DNA from: Methanothermobacter thermautotrophicus str. Delta H
GTDB taxonomy: Archaea > Methanobacteriota > Methanobacteria > Methanobacteriales > Methanothermobacteraceae
DNA: 32,000 bases
Direction: 5' to 3'
Assembly: GCF_000008645.1 (NCBI RefSeq)
Contig: NC_000916.1
Coordinates: forward strand, 1,410,001-1,442,000
Positions 7,924 to 18,436 of the stretch are shown here, in pieces. The position numbers were made by a program, and so were the translations under genes. The stretch's first letter is position 1. Each line of letters opens with the position of its first letter. The notes under the pieces were generated by a model that worked only from the letters and a program-made list of their open reading frames with translations, was not told the DNA's origin and did not search any database.

Positions 7924-10578
7924 ATGAAGGGGACTGTTAAATTTAGAATAGATGGAAGGGAACTTGAGGCTGAACCTGGAATGACCGTCCTTGAGGCGGC
8001 CCTTGCAAATGACATATACATCCCTCACCTCTGCTTCAGGGAGGGTATCGAACCCTTTGGGGGATGCAGGCTGTGTCTGGTGGAGAACACTGATGGACGC
8101 CTTGTAACGGCCTGTGAAACTCCTGTAGAGGATGGCGCGGAATTCATATCTGAATCAGAGAGGATAAATAATATCCGGAGGACCGTGGTATCCCTCCTGA
8201 TATCAGAGCACAGCAGGGATTGCCTTTCATGCCCCTCGTCAGGGGACTGCAGTCTCCAGGAGGTCTCATCCTATCTTAATCTGACAGAGGATGACCTTTC
8301 GAGACTCAGACAGGATCTGCCTGAATCAGAACCAGATGAATCAAACCCCTTTTTCATTAGAAACCATGATAAGTGCATTCTTTGCGGTTTATGCGTAAGG
8401 GTCTGTCGTGCTACTGGTGCAGAGGCCATAGACTTCGCCTACAGGGGACATGACACAAGGATATCCACCTTCATGGACAGGGCCATCACTGAATCGAGCT
8501 GTGTATCCTGCGGGGAATGTGTGGAGGTCTGCCCTGTGGGGGCCCTTGTTTCACGGGAAGAGAAACCCTTCACAGAGGTGAAGACGGTATGCCCATACTG
8601 TGGTGCTGGCTGCGGCATCTACCTCGGTGTGAGGGGGGACAGGGTTGTTAGTTCAAGGGGTGACCCTGATAATCCCGTTAACAGGGGTAAACTATGTGTT
8701 AAGGGCAGATTTGCATTGAAGTTTGTAAACAGCCCTGAAAGACTTAAAAAGCCACTCATAAAGGTTGATGGTAGATTCGTTGAGGTTGAATGGGATGAGG
8801 CATTATCCACCGTGGCCGAGAGGCTATCAGAATATAGTGGTGAGGAGTTTGCTGCAGTTGCATCTGCAAAGTGCACCAATGAGGAGAACTACATCCTCCA
8901 GAAGTTTACAAGGGCTGTGATGTTATCCGGTAACATCGACCACTGCGCAAGGCTCTGCCATGCACCCTCCGTAAGGAGCCTCAGCATGACGCTGGGTAGC
9001 GGTGCAATGACAAACTCAATAGCTGAACTTGAGGATTCAGCATGCATCCTGGCGGTGGGGACCAACCCCACCGAGACACACCCCCTAACGGCCTACAGTG
9101 TAATCAGGGCCATCAGGTCAGGTGCAAAGCTGGTGGTCATTGACCCGAGGAGGACGAGGATCTCGGAGCTTGCAGACATCCACCTCCAGAACCGGCCTGG
9201 CTCTGACATCCCACTGATCATGGCCATGTGTCGCTTCATCATTGAGGAGGGCCTCCATGACACAGAATTCATTGAGTCAAGGACAGAGAACTTTGATGAA
9301 TTCAGGGATGCAGTCATGGCACTGGACCTTGAGGAGGTTGAAAGCCTCACCGGTGTTGGGGTAGAGGATATGAGGAGGGCTGCAATCACCTACGCCTCAA
9401 AAAAGCCGGCATCCATCATATACTCAATGGGTATCACCCAGCACGCTCACGGTACTGACAATGTAATCGCACTTAGCAACCTCGCCCTCCTCACAGGGAA
9501 CCTCGGGAAACCATCGGCAGGTATAAATCCCCTCAGGGGCCAGAACAACGTCCAGGGGGCCTGTGATATGGGGGCGCTCCCGGACCTTCTACCTGGCTAC
9601 CAGACCCTTGACGACTCCTTCAGATTCTCTGATAAATGGGGTTCAACCATACCGGGGCCCGGAATGACGCTACCCGAGATGTTTGACGCAGCCCTTGAGG
9701 GACGTTTGAGGGCCATGTACATAATGGGCGAGAATCCCCTCCTGAGCGAACCTGAAACTGAGAAGACCCGGAAGGCACTTGAAAGTCTTGATTTTCTTGT
9801 TGTCCAGGACATATTCATGACCGAGACTGCTGAACTCGCTGATGTGGTCCTTCCGGCATGTGCATGGGCAGAGAAGGATGGGACATTCACCAACACCGAG
9901 AGGAGGGTTCAGCTGATCAGGAAGGCCCTGGATGCCCCTGGAGAAGCAAGGACTGACTGGGAGATAATCTGCATGCTGGCAGAGAAGATGGGGGCTGAGG
10001 GCTTTGATTATGCTTCATCATCGGAGATATTCAAGGAGATAGCAGCACTCGTGCCATCATATGCCGGCATATCACATGAGCGGCTTCAGGATGGTGGTAT
10101 ACAGTGGCCCTGCACATCTTATGAGCATGGGGGCACACAGTACCTGCATTCTGAGAGATTCTCAACACCCACAGGGAGGGCGTCATTTTTACTGCCAGGG
10201 TATCATGTAGGGGAGGTATCAGAGGAGTATCCGATGGTCCTTGTAACCGGCCGCAATCTCTACCAGTACCATACAAGATCCATGACAGGGCGCGTGCCAG
10301 AACTTGATTCATTCTCTGACAGGGAGGAACTTCTCATTAACCCTCTGGATGCAGCAAAACTCGGAGTTGAGGATGGCGGCACGGTCCTCGTGAAATCAGA
10401 GGGGGGCTCTCTGGAGGTGAGGGCAAGGGTTTCAGGGGATGTCATGGAGGGTGTTGTCTTCATGACATTCCACTTTGCAGAGACCCCGGCGAATGTCCTC
10501 ACAGGGGGAGATCGTGACCCGGTATCAGGGATGCCTGAACTGAAATTCACACCCGTCAGCATAAGACCTGTGGAGTAA
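7924..10578 (+). CDS. fdhA: NAD-linked-type formate dehydrogenase alpha subunit (NuoG/FdhF-like molybdopterin oxidoreductase)
   Basis: Trimmed from ORF 7765..10578 to ATG at 7924 (MKGTVKFRIDGRELEAEPGMTVLEAALANDIYIPHLCF...). N-terminal [2Fe-2S], HSRDCLSCPSSGDC, two ferredoxin-type clusters, CPYCGAGCGIYLGVRGD...GKLCVKGRF and CARLCHAPSV. 884 aa. The longer start would overlap mobB on the other strand. Confidence 0.88.
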   Translation: MKGTVKFRIDGRELEAEPGMTVLEAALANDIYIPHLCFREGIEPFGGCRLCLVENTDGRLVTACETPVEDGAEFISESERINNIRRTVVSLLISEHSRDCLSCPSSGDCSLQEVSSYLNLTEDDLSRLRQDLPESEPDESNPFFIRNHDKCILCGLCVRVCRATGAEAIDFAYRGHDTRISTFMDRAITESSCVSCGECVEVCPVGALVSREEKPFTEVKTVCPYCGAGCGIYLGVRGDRVVSSRGDPDNPVNRGKLCVKGRFALKFVNSPERLKKPLIKVDGRFVEVEWDEALSTVAERLSEYSGEEFAAVASAKCTNEENYILQKFTRAVMLSGNIDHCARLCHAPSVRSLSMTLGSGAMTNSIAELEDSACILAVGTNPTETHPLTAYSVIRAIRSGAKLVVIDPRRTRISELADIHLQNRPGSDIPLIMAMCRFIIEEGLHDTEFIESRTENFDEFRDAVMALDLEEVESLTGVGVEDMRRAAITYASKKPASIIYSMGITQHAHGTDNVIALSNLALLTGNLGKPSAGINPLRGQNNVQGACDMGALPDLLPGYQTLDDSFRFSDKWGSTIPGPGMTLPEMFDAALEGRLRAMYIMGENPLLSEPETEKTRKALESLDFLVVQDIFMTETAELADVVLPACAWAEKDGTFTNTERRVQLIRKALDAPGEARTDWEIICMLAEKMGAEGFDYASSSEIFKEIAALVPSYAGISHERLQDGGIQWPCTSYEHGGTQYLHSERFSTPTGRASFLLPGYHVGEVSEEYPMVLVTGRNLYQYHTRSMTGRVPELDSFSDREELLINPLDAAKLGVEDGGTVLVKSEGGSLEVRARVSGDVMEGVVFMTFHFAETPANVLTGGDRDPVSGMPELKFTPVSIRPVE

Positions 10579-10588
10579 CCACACACCT

Positions 10589-10597
10589 ATATATATA
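10589..10597 (+). promoter_or_regulatory. Putative TATA box of the fwd operon
   Basis: cacctatatatatattttt about 80 nt upstream of fwdH ATG (10674), right after the fdhA stop. Confidence 0.55.
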
Positions 10598-10673
10598 TTT
10601 TTCTATTTGATTTTTGTAGAAAATTATTATATGGACGGCGGCTAAATGTGTGATTAACACACATGGTGACCCT

Positions 10674-11150
10674 ATGCCGAAACATATAGTTTCTGGACTC
10701 AAATACATAGCAGCTGTAAATCTGACAAAGCAGGGCCATTCACAGAGAGAGATAGCTAAGGCTCTCAACATGAACAGATCAACTGTTTCTCACTACCTCA
10801 ACGGCAGGAACCTCTCCTGGAGGTCAATAGAGGTTGCAAAGGTAATAACAGAGATGTGTCCAAGGGACTTCCTTCTTCTCACCCACTCCCTTACACAGAA
10901 CACAGAGATGACAAGGACCATCATAAGGACATGCCAGAAGCAGAAATTCCAGGGAAAGGTCAGGAACTCATGTATTGGGTGCGGGCTATGTGTGGACACA
11001 TGCCTTATGAAGGCCATAAGTTTAAGAGACCTCAAGGCACATATAGAATCCGAATGGTGCTGCGGGTGTCTCATCTGTGTTGATATGTGTCCAACTGATT
11101 CTATAGAAATAAAGGAGGTAGAACTTGATGGAAACAACCGAAGTAATTGA
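10674..11150 (+). CDS. fwdH: FwdH: N-terminal helix-turn-helix plus C-terminal 2x[4Fe-4S] ferredoxin domain
   Basis: ORF 10650..11150 trimmed to ATG 10674 ([16 protein letters not shown]...). HTH: [29 protein letters not shown]; [11 protein letters not shown] and [15 protein letters not shown]. First gene of the fwdHFGDACB order. Confidence 0.85.
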   Translation: MPKHIVSGLKYIAAVNLTKQGHSQREIAKALNMNRSTVSHYLNGRNLSWRSIEVAKVITEMCPRDFLLLTHSLTQNTEMTRTIIRTCQKQKFQGKVRNSCIGCGLCVDTCLMKAISLRDLKAHIESEWCCGCLICVDMCPTDSIEIKEVELDGNNRSN

Positions 11151-12177
11151 AGGTAAGAACATTACCGTGGAGCGAACCGGTGAAGAAAACAGAAAGTTAA
11201 TCTTCCAGGATTGCCTCTGCGCTGTTTGCGGACTCTGCGGTGAGATATGTCCTGTGAACGCCATTGAAGTCAACCCGACAGGCGCAATGGTGAGAACCGA
11301 ACAGGACGAGTCAAAGATATGCATCGATGAGAACAAATGCGTCCTCTGCGGTATGTGCAGCTCAATCTGCCCATTCCAGGCACTGGACCTTCAGATTGAC
11401 GGAACATCAATAAAGGAACTTGCAGAATACCCAAAAATCATCAAATCAGCTGAGATAGATGATGAAACATGTATACAGTGCAAGGCCTGTGAAACAGCAT
11501 GTCCACAGGATGCCATAACCATAACAAGGGACCTGCCCGAAAGGAAGGACCTCATAACAGGTGAGATCGAGATAGACAAGGAAACCTGTATCTACTGTGG
11601 AATGTGTGAGGAGATGTGTCCGGTTGATGCGATAGAGATAGACCACCAGGTGCCGACCTCCTCAAGTCCAGCAGTCGCGACTGACATACGAGTCGATGAG
11701 GATAAATGTGTCCACTGCGGTATATGTAAGAGGATATGCCCTGTTGACGCCATAACTCAGGTCTGCAGGATATGCCCATACGGTGAATACGAGATCAAGG
11801 TCCCGGAGGTCACAGGAACCTCCTACATCGACCCTGAACTCTGTGTGAACTGTGGATGGTGCCAGGAGATATGCCCTGTTGACGCTGCAACGGTGACAAA
11901 GCCCTTCGAGGGAGAACTCATAATCGACGAGGACACCTGCCAGGCCTGTGAAACCTGTGTGATGGCATGCCCATGCAACGTTTTATCATTCCCTAAACCA
12001 GAAAAACCAGGTGAAAAACCAGCCAAGCTCTACAAGGACGAAAGGTTCTGCATATACTGCGGCGCATGTGAGAGGTCATGTCCCGTTGACGCAATAGAGG
12101 TTAAGAGGAGCAGGATAAATACCACTCCAATCAAATCAAAGGCCTGGAAGAACGCCTTTGAATCATTACTCAAATAA
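11128..12177 (+). CDS. fwdF: FwdF polyferredoxin subunit of tungsten formylmethanofuran dehydrogenase (eight [4Fe-4S] motifs)
   Basis: Eight ferredoxin Cys motifs, e.g. [64 protein letters not shown]. Start at ATG 11128 directly after the TTG used in the ORF track. Confidence 0.93.
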   Translation: METTEVIEGKNITVERTGEENRKLIFQDCLCAVCGLCGEICPVNAIEVNPTGAMVRTEQDESKICIDENKCVLCGMCSSICPFQALDLQIDGTSIKELAEYPKIIKSAEIDDETCIQCKACETACPQDAITITRDLPERKDLITGEIEIDKETCIYCGMCEEMCPVDAIEIDHQVPTSSSPAVATDIRVDEDKCVHCGICKRICPVDAITQVCRICPYGEYEIKVPEVTGTSYIDPELCVNCGWCQEICPVDAATVTKPFEGELIIDEDTCQACETCVMACPCNVLSFPKPEKPGEKPAKLYKDERFCIYCGACERSCPVDAIEVKRSRINTTPIKSKAWKNAFESLLK

Positions 12178-12191
12178 ATGGAGGTAATCAG

Positions 12192-12440
12192 ATGGCAATA
12201 GGACTTAAGGCATACCCTGAACTCTGCCATGGATGTGGAAACTGCGTGATCGCATGTCCAGTGAACGCCCTCAGAAGCCCCGAGGTTGCAGGTGGAAAGG
12301 GGCCAACAGATGATGTGGAGATCATCATGATAGTTGAGGACGGGGTTGTTAACATAAAGAACCCTGATCTCTGTGGAAAGTGCGGCACATGTGTTGAAAG
12401 CTGCCCTGTTGATGCAATCAGGCTGGAGGAATTAGAATGA
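12192..12440 (+). CDS. fwdG: FwdG, 2x[4Fe-4S] ferredoxin subunit
   Basis: 82 aa; CHGCGNCVIACPVNAL and CGKCGTCVESCPVDAI; position between fwdF and fwdD. Confidence 0.92.
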   Translation: MAIGLKAYPELCHGCGNCVIACPVNALRSPEVAGGKGPTDDVEIIMIVEDGVVNIKNPDLCGKCGTCVESCPVDAIRLEELE

Positions 12441-12829
12441 GAGTCATACTAAACACAGGAAGGACCATCTGGCAGGGACAGGCTATAGAGTCCGGTAAGG
12501 ACCTTAAGATGTACGTCGATGCAGCTGCCATAATTCAGATGAACCCTGACATGATGAAGCAGCTCGGAATAAGCGAAGGAGACAACGTGAAGGTCATCTC
12601 AGAATATGGGGATGTCGTTGTAAAGGCTGTTGAAGCTAAGGAGCCACTCCCAGAGGGAATGGTTTACATACCAATGGGGCCCTGGGCCAACAGGGTTATA
12701 AGGCCAGATACTGATTCAACAGCAACACCCAGCTTTAAGAACATACCGGTGGAGATCATACCCACCGATGAAGAGGTTCCTGACATGCCAACCCTCATGA
12801 AGGTCTACGGTAAGGTAGGTCAGATCTAA
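12437..12829 (+). CDS. fwdD: FwdD, molydopterin dinucleotide-binding-domain subunit
   Basis: 130 aa; VILNTGRTIWQGQAIESGKD, GDNVKVISEYGDVVVKA, GPWANRVI; overlaps fwdG stop by 4 nt. Confidence 0.92.
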   Translation: MRVILNTGRTIWQGQAIESGKDLKMYVDAAAIIQMNPDMMKQLGISEGDNVKVISEYGDVVVKAVEAKEPLPEGMVYIPMGPWANRVIRPDTDSTATPSFKNIPVEIIPTDEEVPDMPTLMKVYGKVGQI

Positions 12830-12849
12830 AGCTCAGCGGGAGGATTCAA

Positions 12850-14559
12850 ATGGAATACATAATCAAAAACGGATTTGTTTACTGTCCTCTTAACAACGTC
12901 GATGGAGAAAAGATGGACATCTGCGTCAAGGATGGTAAAATAGTTGAAAGCGTCAGTGACAGCGCAAAGGTCATTGATGCATCTGGAAAAATGGTGATGC
13001 CAGGAGGTGTCGACCCTCACTCCCACATAGCCGGTGCAAAGGTCAACGTGGGAAGGATGTACAGGCCAGAGGACAGCCGCAGGGACGCTGAAAAATTCAG
13101 GGCCGGAAGGGCCGGAAGCGGTTTCTCAGTACCATCAACCTTCATGACAGGTTACAGGTACGCCCAGATGGGTTACACCACAGCAATGGAGGCAGCCATG
13201 CCACCACTGCTTGCAAGGCACACCCATGAGGAATTCCACGACACACCGATAATAGACCACGCAGCATACCCACTGTTCGGTAACAACTGGTTCGTGATGG
13301 AGTACCTGAAGGATGGCGACGTGGATGCCTGTGCAGCCTACGCATCATGGCTCCTCAGGGCCACCAAAGGTTACGCAATAAAGATAGTTAACCCTGCCGG
13401 TACAGAGGCATGGGGATGGGGTGGAAACGTCCACGGAATCTATGACCCCGCACCCTACTTTGACATAACGCCCGCAGAGATCATAAAGGGACTCGCAGAG
13501 GTCAACGAGAAACTCCAGCTACCACACTCAATACACCTCCACTGTAACGACCTTGGACACCCTGGAAACTACGAGACAACCCTGGCATCCTTTGACGTGC
13601 CAAAGAACATAAAACCAGACCCTGCAACCGGTGAAAGGGACACAGTACTCTATGCAACCCATGTCCAGTTCCACAGCTACGGTGGAACAACCTGGAGGGA
13701 CTTCGTATCAGAGGCACCAAAGGTTGCTGACTATGTAAACAGGAACGACCATGTTGTGATAGACGTTGGTCAGATAACCCTGGATGAGACAACCACCATG
13801 ACCGCAGACGGTCCAATGGAATACGACCTCCACTCACTCAACGGCCTCAAATGGGCAAACTGTGACGTGGAACTCGAAACAGGTTCAGGTGTCGTACCAT
13901 TCATATACTCTGCAAGGGCACCGGTCCCAGCGGTCCAGTGGGCAATCGGAATGGAACTCTTCCTCCTCATAGACGACCCCGGCAAGGTGTGCCTCACAAC
14001 AGACAGTCCAAATGCAGGGCCATTCACACGGTACCCCAGGGTCATCGCATGGCTCATGAGCAACAAGTACAGGATGAACCTCATTGAGGGAGAACTGCAC
14101 AAGTGGGCCCAGAGGAAGAGTACAATAGCAACAATCGACAGGGAGTACACCTTCTCAGAGATAGCACAGATCACAAGGGTAACATCTGCAAAGGTCCTGG
14201 GTCTCAGCGAAACCAAGGGACACCTCGGCGCAGGTGCAGATGCAGATATAGCAGTCTACAACATCAACCCTGAAACAGTCGATCCATCAGCAGATTACAT
14301 GGCCATTGAGGAAGGATTCTCAAGGGCAGCATACGTCCTCAAGGACGGAGAAATAGTTGTTAAGGACGGAGAAGTTGTGGCCTCACCACACGGAAGGACC
14401 TACTGGATTGACACCCAGGTGGATGAGTCCCTCTACAACGAGGTTCTCGCCAGTGTTGAGAGCAAATTCAAACAGTACTACTCTGTCAACTTTGCAAACT
14501 ACCCTGTGCAGGACGAGTACCTGCCAAAATCTGCTCCAGTTAAAGGGGTGATGTTATGA
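12850..14559 (+). CDS. fwdA: FwdA, amidohydrolase-type subunit of formylmethanofuran dehydrogenase
   Basis: 569 aa; VMPGGVDPHSHIAGAKVNVGRMYRPEDSR, HLHCNDLGHPGN metal-binding motifs typical of FwdA/FmdA. Confidence 0.95.
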   Translation: MEYIIKNGFVYCPLNNVDGEKMDICVKDGKIVESVSDSAKVIDASGKMVMPGGVDPHSHIAGAKVNVGRMYRPEDSRRDAEKFRAGRAGSGFSVPSTFMTGYRYAQMGYTTAMEAAMPPLLARHTHEEFHDTPIIDHAAYPLFGNNWFVMEYLKDGDVDACAAYASWLLRATKGYAIKIVNPAGTEAWGWGGNVHGIYDPAPYFDITPAEIIKGLAEVNEKLQLPHSIHLHCNDLGHPGNYETTLASFDVPKNIKPDPATGERDTVLYATHVQFHSYGGTTWRDFVSEAPKVADYVNRNDHVVIDVGQITLDETTTMTADGPMEYDLHSLNGLKWANCDVELETGSGVVPFIYSARAPVPAVQWAIGMELFLLIDDPGKVCLTTDSPNAGPFTRYPRVIAWLMSNKYRMNLIEGELHKWAQRKSTIATIDREYTFSEIAQITRVTSAKVLGLSETKGHLGAGADADIAVYNINPETVDPSADYMAIEEGFSRAAYVLKDGEIVVKDGEVVASPHGRTYWIDTQVDESLYNEVLASVESKFKQYYSVNFANYPVQDEYLPKSAPVKGVML

Positions 14560-15368
14560 GTGAAATAATACTAACTCCAAAGGAACAGCCCGAAGTGCCA
14601 CTGGAGGCACCAAACATCAAACCTGATGTCTTCGCAGGAAAGTCAATAGATGAGATCAGGAACATCCAGATAATGCACGGTAACGAGGTAGTTAAGCTTG
14701 GAGACTTCTTCGAGGTCAGCGGTGAACCAGCAGACTCAGCAGCCGACATAAAAATCATAATCGACGGCGATGTCTACAACACCAAGAGGATAGGCCAGGA
14801 TATGACCGCCGGTGAAATCCTGGTGAAGGGTAACGTGAACATGTACGTCGGCGCAGGTATGAAGGGCGGTAAGATCACAGTGGAAGGCAACGCAAAATCC
14901 TGGGCAGGACAGGACATGAGAGGAGGAGAACTCGAAATCTTCGGAGATGCGGGCGACTACGTCGGATCCTCCTACCGTGGTGACTGGAGAGGTATGAGCG
15001 GTGGAGTCATAACCGTACATGGAAACGCTGGAAACGAGATCGGAGAGTACATGAACGGCGGCAAAATCATCATCAAGGGTGATGTTAACATAATGCCTGG
15101 AATACACATGAACAACGGCCTCATAATAATTGAGGGCAACGCCGTTGCAAGGGTCGGCGGTGAAATGGCAGGCGGGACAATAGTCGTCAAGGGAATGATA
15201 GAGGAATTCCTCCCAGGATTCAAGTACCTCGGTGTTGAAAAGGACATAGAGGTTAACGGGGAAACCTTCCCTGGAGCATACTACAAGTTTGAAGGAGATC
15301 ACGCAATTAAAGGAGCTAAGGGTATGGTCTATGCGGCTGTCGGATGCAACGGCCACATAGAACCCTAA
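14556..15368 (+). CDS. fwdC: FwdC, GltS C-terminal-like beta-helix subunit
   Basis: 270 aa; repeated G-rich turns ([46 protein letters not shown]-type); overlaps fwdA stop by 4 nt. Confidence 0.94.
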   Translation: [270 protein letters not shown]

Positions 15369-15389
15369 ACTTTCTTGGAGGTAATTATC

Positions 15390-16688
15390 ATGGAATATGT
15401 GAAAAATGTGGTCTGCCCCTTCTGCGGAACCCTCTGTGACGACATCATATGTAAGGTTGAGGGCAACGAGATCGTTGGAACCATCAACGCATGCAGGATA
15501 GGTCACAGTAAGTTCGTGCATGCAGAGGGTGCAATGAGGTACACCAAACCACTCATAAGAAAGAACGGAGAATTCGTCGAGGTTAGTTACGACGAGGCCA
15601 TAGACAAGGCAGCAAAGATTCTTGCAGAATCAAAAAGACCATTAATGTATGGTTGGAGCTGTACCGAGTGCGAGGCACAGGCCGTCGGGGTTGAACTTGC
15701 AGAGGAGGCCGGTGCAGTAATCGACAACACAGCATCAGTATGCCATGGACCATCAGTCCTCGCCCTCCAGGACGTGGGTTACCCAATCTGTACCTTCGGT
15801 GAGGTCAAAAACAGGGCAGATGTTGTGGTATACTTGGGATGCAACCCGATGCACGCCCACCCCAGGCACATGTCAAGGAACGTCTTCGCCCGCGGATTCT
15901 TCAGGGAAAGGGGAAGATCAGACAGGACACTCATAGTGGTGGATCCAAGGAAAACTGACAGTGCAAAGCTTGCAGACATACACCTGCAGCTCGACTTTGA
16001 CCATGACTATGAACTCCTCGATGCAATGAGGTCATGCCTGCTTGGACATGAGATACTCTACGATGAGGTGGCAGGTGTTCCAAGGGAACAGATCGAGGAG
16101 GCAGTTGAGGTACTCAAAAACGCACAGTTCGGTATACTCTTCTTCGGTATGGGTATAACCCACAGCAGGGGTAAGCACAGGAACATCGACACAGCCATTA
16201 TGATGGTGCAGGACCTCAACGACTACGCCAAGTGGACACTCATACCCATGAGGGGTCACTACAACGTTACAGGGTTCAACCAGGTCTGCACCTGGGAGAG
16301 CGGATACCCCTTCTGTGTTGACTTCTCAGAGGGCGAACCCAGGTACAACCCTGGTGAGACAGGTGCAAACGACCTTCTCCAGAACAGGGAAGCTGACTCC
16401 ATGATGGTGATAGCCTCTGACCCGGGAGCCCACTTCCCGCAGAGGGCCCTTGAGAGGATGGCTGAAATCCCTGTGATTGCCATTGAACCCCACAGGACCC
16501 CAACAACCGAGATGGCTGATATCATAATTCCACCGGCCATCGTGGGTATGGAGGCAGAGGGTACCGCCTACCGTATGGAGGGTGTCCCTATAAGGATGAA
16601 GAAGGTCGTTGACACAGACCTCCTCTCAGACAGGGAGATCCTCGAGAAACTTCTTGAGAAGGTAAGGGAGTATAAGGCCTCTAAGTAG
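15390..16688 (+). CDS. fwdB: FwdB, tungstopterin-containing catalytic subunit (Cys form)
   Basis: ORF trimmed to ATG 15390; CPFCGTLCDDI [4Fe-4S] motif and IDNTASVCHGPSV with Cys at residue 118 (codon 15741-15743). Confidence 0.95.
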   Translation: MEYVKNVVCPFCGTLCDDIICKVEGNEIVGTINACRIGHSKFVHAEGAMRYTKPLIRKNGEFVEVSYDEAIDKAAKILAESKRPLMYGWSCTECEAQAVGVELAEEAGAVIDNTASVCHGPSVLALQDVGYPICTFGEVKNRADVVVYLGCNPMHAHPRHMSRNVFARGFFRERGRSDRTLIVVDPRKTDSAKLADIHLQLDFDHDYELLDAMRSCLLGHEILYDEVAGVPREQIEEAVEVLKNAQFGILFFGMGITHSRGKHRNIDTAIMMVQDLNDYAKWTLIPMRGHYNVTGFNQVCTWESGYPFCVDFSEGEPRYNPGETGANDLLQNREADSMMVIASDPGAHFPQRALERMAEIPVIAIEPHRTPTTEMADIIIPPAIVGMEAEGTAYRMEGVPIRMKKVVDTDLLSDREILEKLLEKVREYKASK

Positions 16689-16786
16689 GTCCGATCCTAA
16701 ATAAATTCTATTTTTCCCATTTTCTTCTCATGAAAACTGTTCAGTTTTTGCTTTTTTGTTCTTTATTTTAACCATTTACCAAAAAA

Positions 16787-16794
16787 TTTAAATA
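16787..16794 (+). promoter_or_regulatory. Putative TATA box of the nif operon
   Basis: TTTAAATA within aaaaaatttaaatag, about 75 nt upstream of nifH ATG 16868. Confidence 0.6.
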
Positions 16795-16795
16795 G

Positions 16796-17695
<900 letters not shown>

Positions 17696-17704
17696 GTGTT
17701 AAAG

Positions 17705-18022
17705 ATGAAGATGATAAGGGCCATAATAAGACCAGAGAAGTCTGAAGAGGTGATTGATGCCCTCGATAAAGCTGGATTTCCAGCCCTAACAAAAATGGAT
17801 GTTGCAGGGAGAGGTAAACAGAGGGGGATACGCCTTGATGAGATCTACTATGAGGAGTTACCAAAGACCATGCTCCTCATAGTTGTGGATGACAGTGATG
17901 CAGAGAAGGTCATAAACACCGTCCATGAAACAGCATTCACAGGTAACATTGGGGATGGTAAAATCTTTGTAAGTCCCGTGGAAAGTGCATATACCATCAG
18001 GACAAGGGAAGAGGGTCTTTAG
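17705..18022 (+). CDS. nifI1: PII-like nitrogenase regulator NifI1
   Basis: MKMIRAIIRPEKSEEVIDALDKAGFPALTKMDVAGRGKQRG; PII family, located between nifH and nifD. Confidence 0.93.
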   Translation: MKMIRAIIRPEKSEEVIDALDKAGFPALTKMDVAGRGKQRGIRLDEIYYEELPKTMLLIVVDDSDAEKVINTVHETAFTGNIGDGKIFVSPVESAYTIRTREEGL

Positions 18023-18030
18023 GTGTTTTA

Positions 18031-18399
18031 ATGAAGGAGATAATAGCCATAATAAGGTCAAACAAAATGAAAAAGACCAGGGATGTCCTTGAAGTCCTCG
18101 GGTTTCCCGCCATGAACGCCAGAAGAGTCCTGGGAAGGGGGCATCAGAGGGCCATAATTGACGATGTTAACATCCCCTTTCCTCCAGAGGGTATTGAAGA
18201 GTCGAGAGGTACAATGAGGTATATTCCTAAGAGGATGATCAGCATCATGGTTGAAGACAGGGACGTGGAGCTGGTTGTGGAGGCCATAATGAAGGTAAAC
18301 CACACAGGCAATATTGGGGATGGTAAAATCTTTGTATGCCCAGTGGATGATGCTGTAAGGATAAGAACCGGCGAGAATGGGGATGTGGCACTTCAATAG
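18031..18399 (+). CDS. nifI2: PII-like nitrogenase regulator NifI2
   Basis: MKEIIAIIRSNKMKKTRDVLEVLGFPAMNARRVLGRGHQRA...NHTGNIGDGKIFVCPVDDAVRIRTGE. Confidence 0.93.
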   Translation: MKEIIAIIRSNKMKKTRDVLEVLGFPAMNARRVLGRGHQRAIIDDVNIPFPPEGIEESRGTMRYIPKRMISIMVEDRDVELVVEAIMKVNHTGNIGDGKIFVCPVDDAVRIRTGENGDVALQ

Positions 18400-18436
18400 A
18401 GTGAATTGAATGGACTTACTTGAAGGATGATTTAAA

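Noticed and set aside
10589-10600. TATATATAT run as a simple-sequence repeat
   Set aside because: Length and position fit an archaeal TATA box rather than a microsatellite.
11180-12110. Periodic Cys-motif sequence as a possible tandem repeat or CRISPR-like element
   Set aside because: Explained by the eight ferredoxin motifs of FwdF; spacing and sequence are too divergent for a DNA repeat.
14880-15190. Glycine-rich repeating pattern as a possible DNA repeat
   Set aside because: It is the beta-helix repeat of FwdC seen at the protein level, not a nucleotide repeat array.
12826-15521. Minus-strand ORFs inside fwdA and fwdC (e.g. 13770..14216, 14736..15521)
   Set aside because: Low-complexity antisense shadows of strongly supported fwd genes, with no family motifs.
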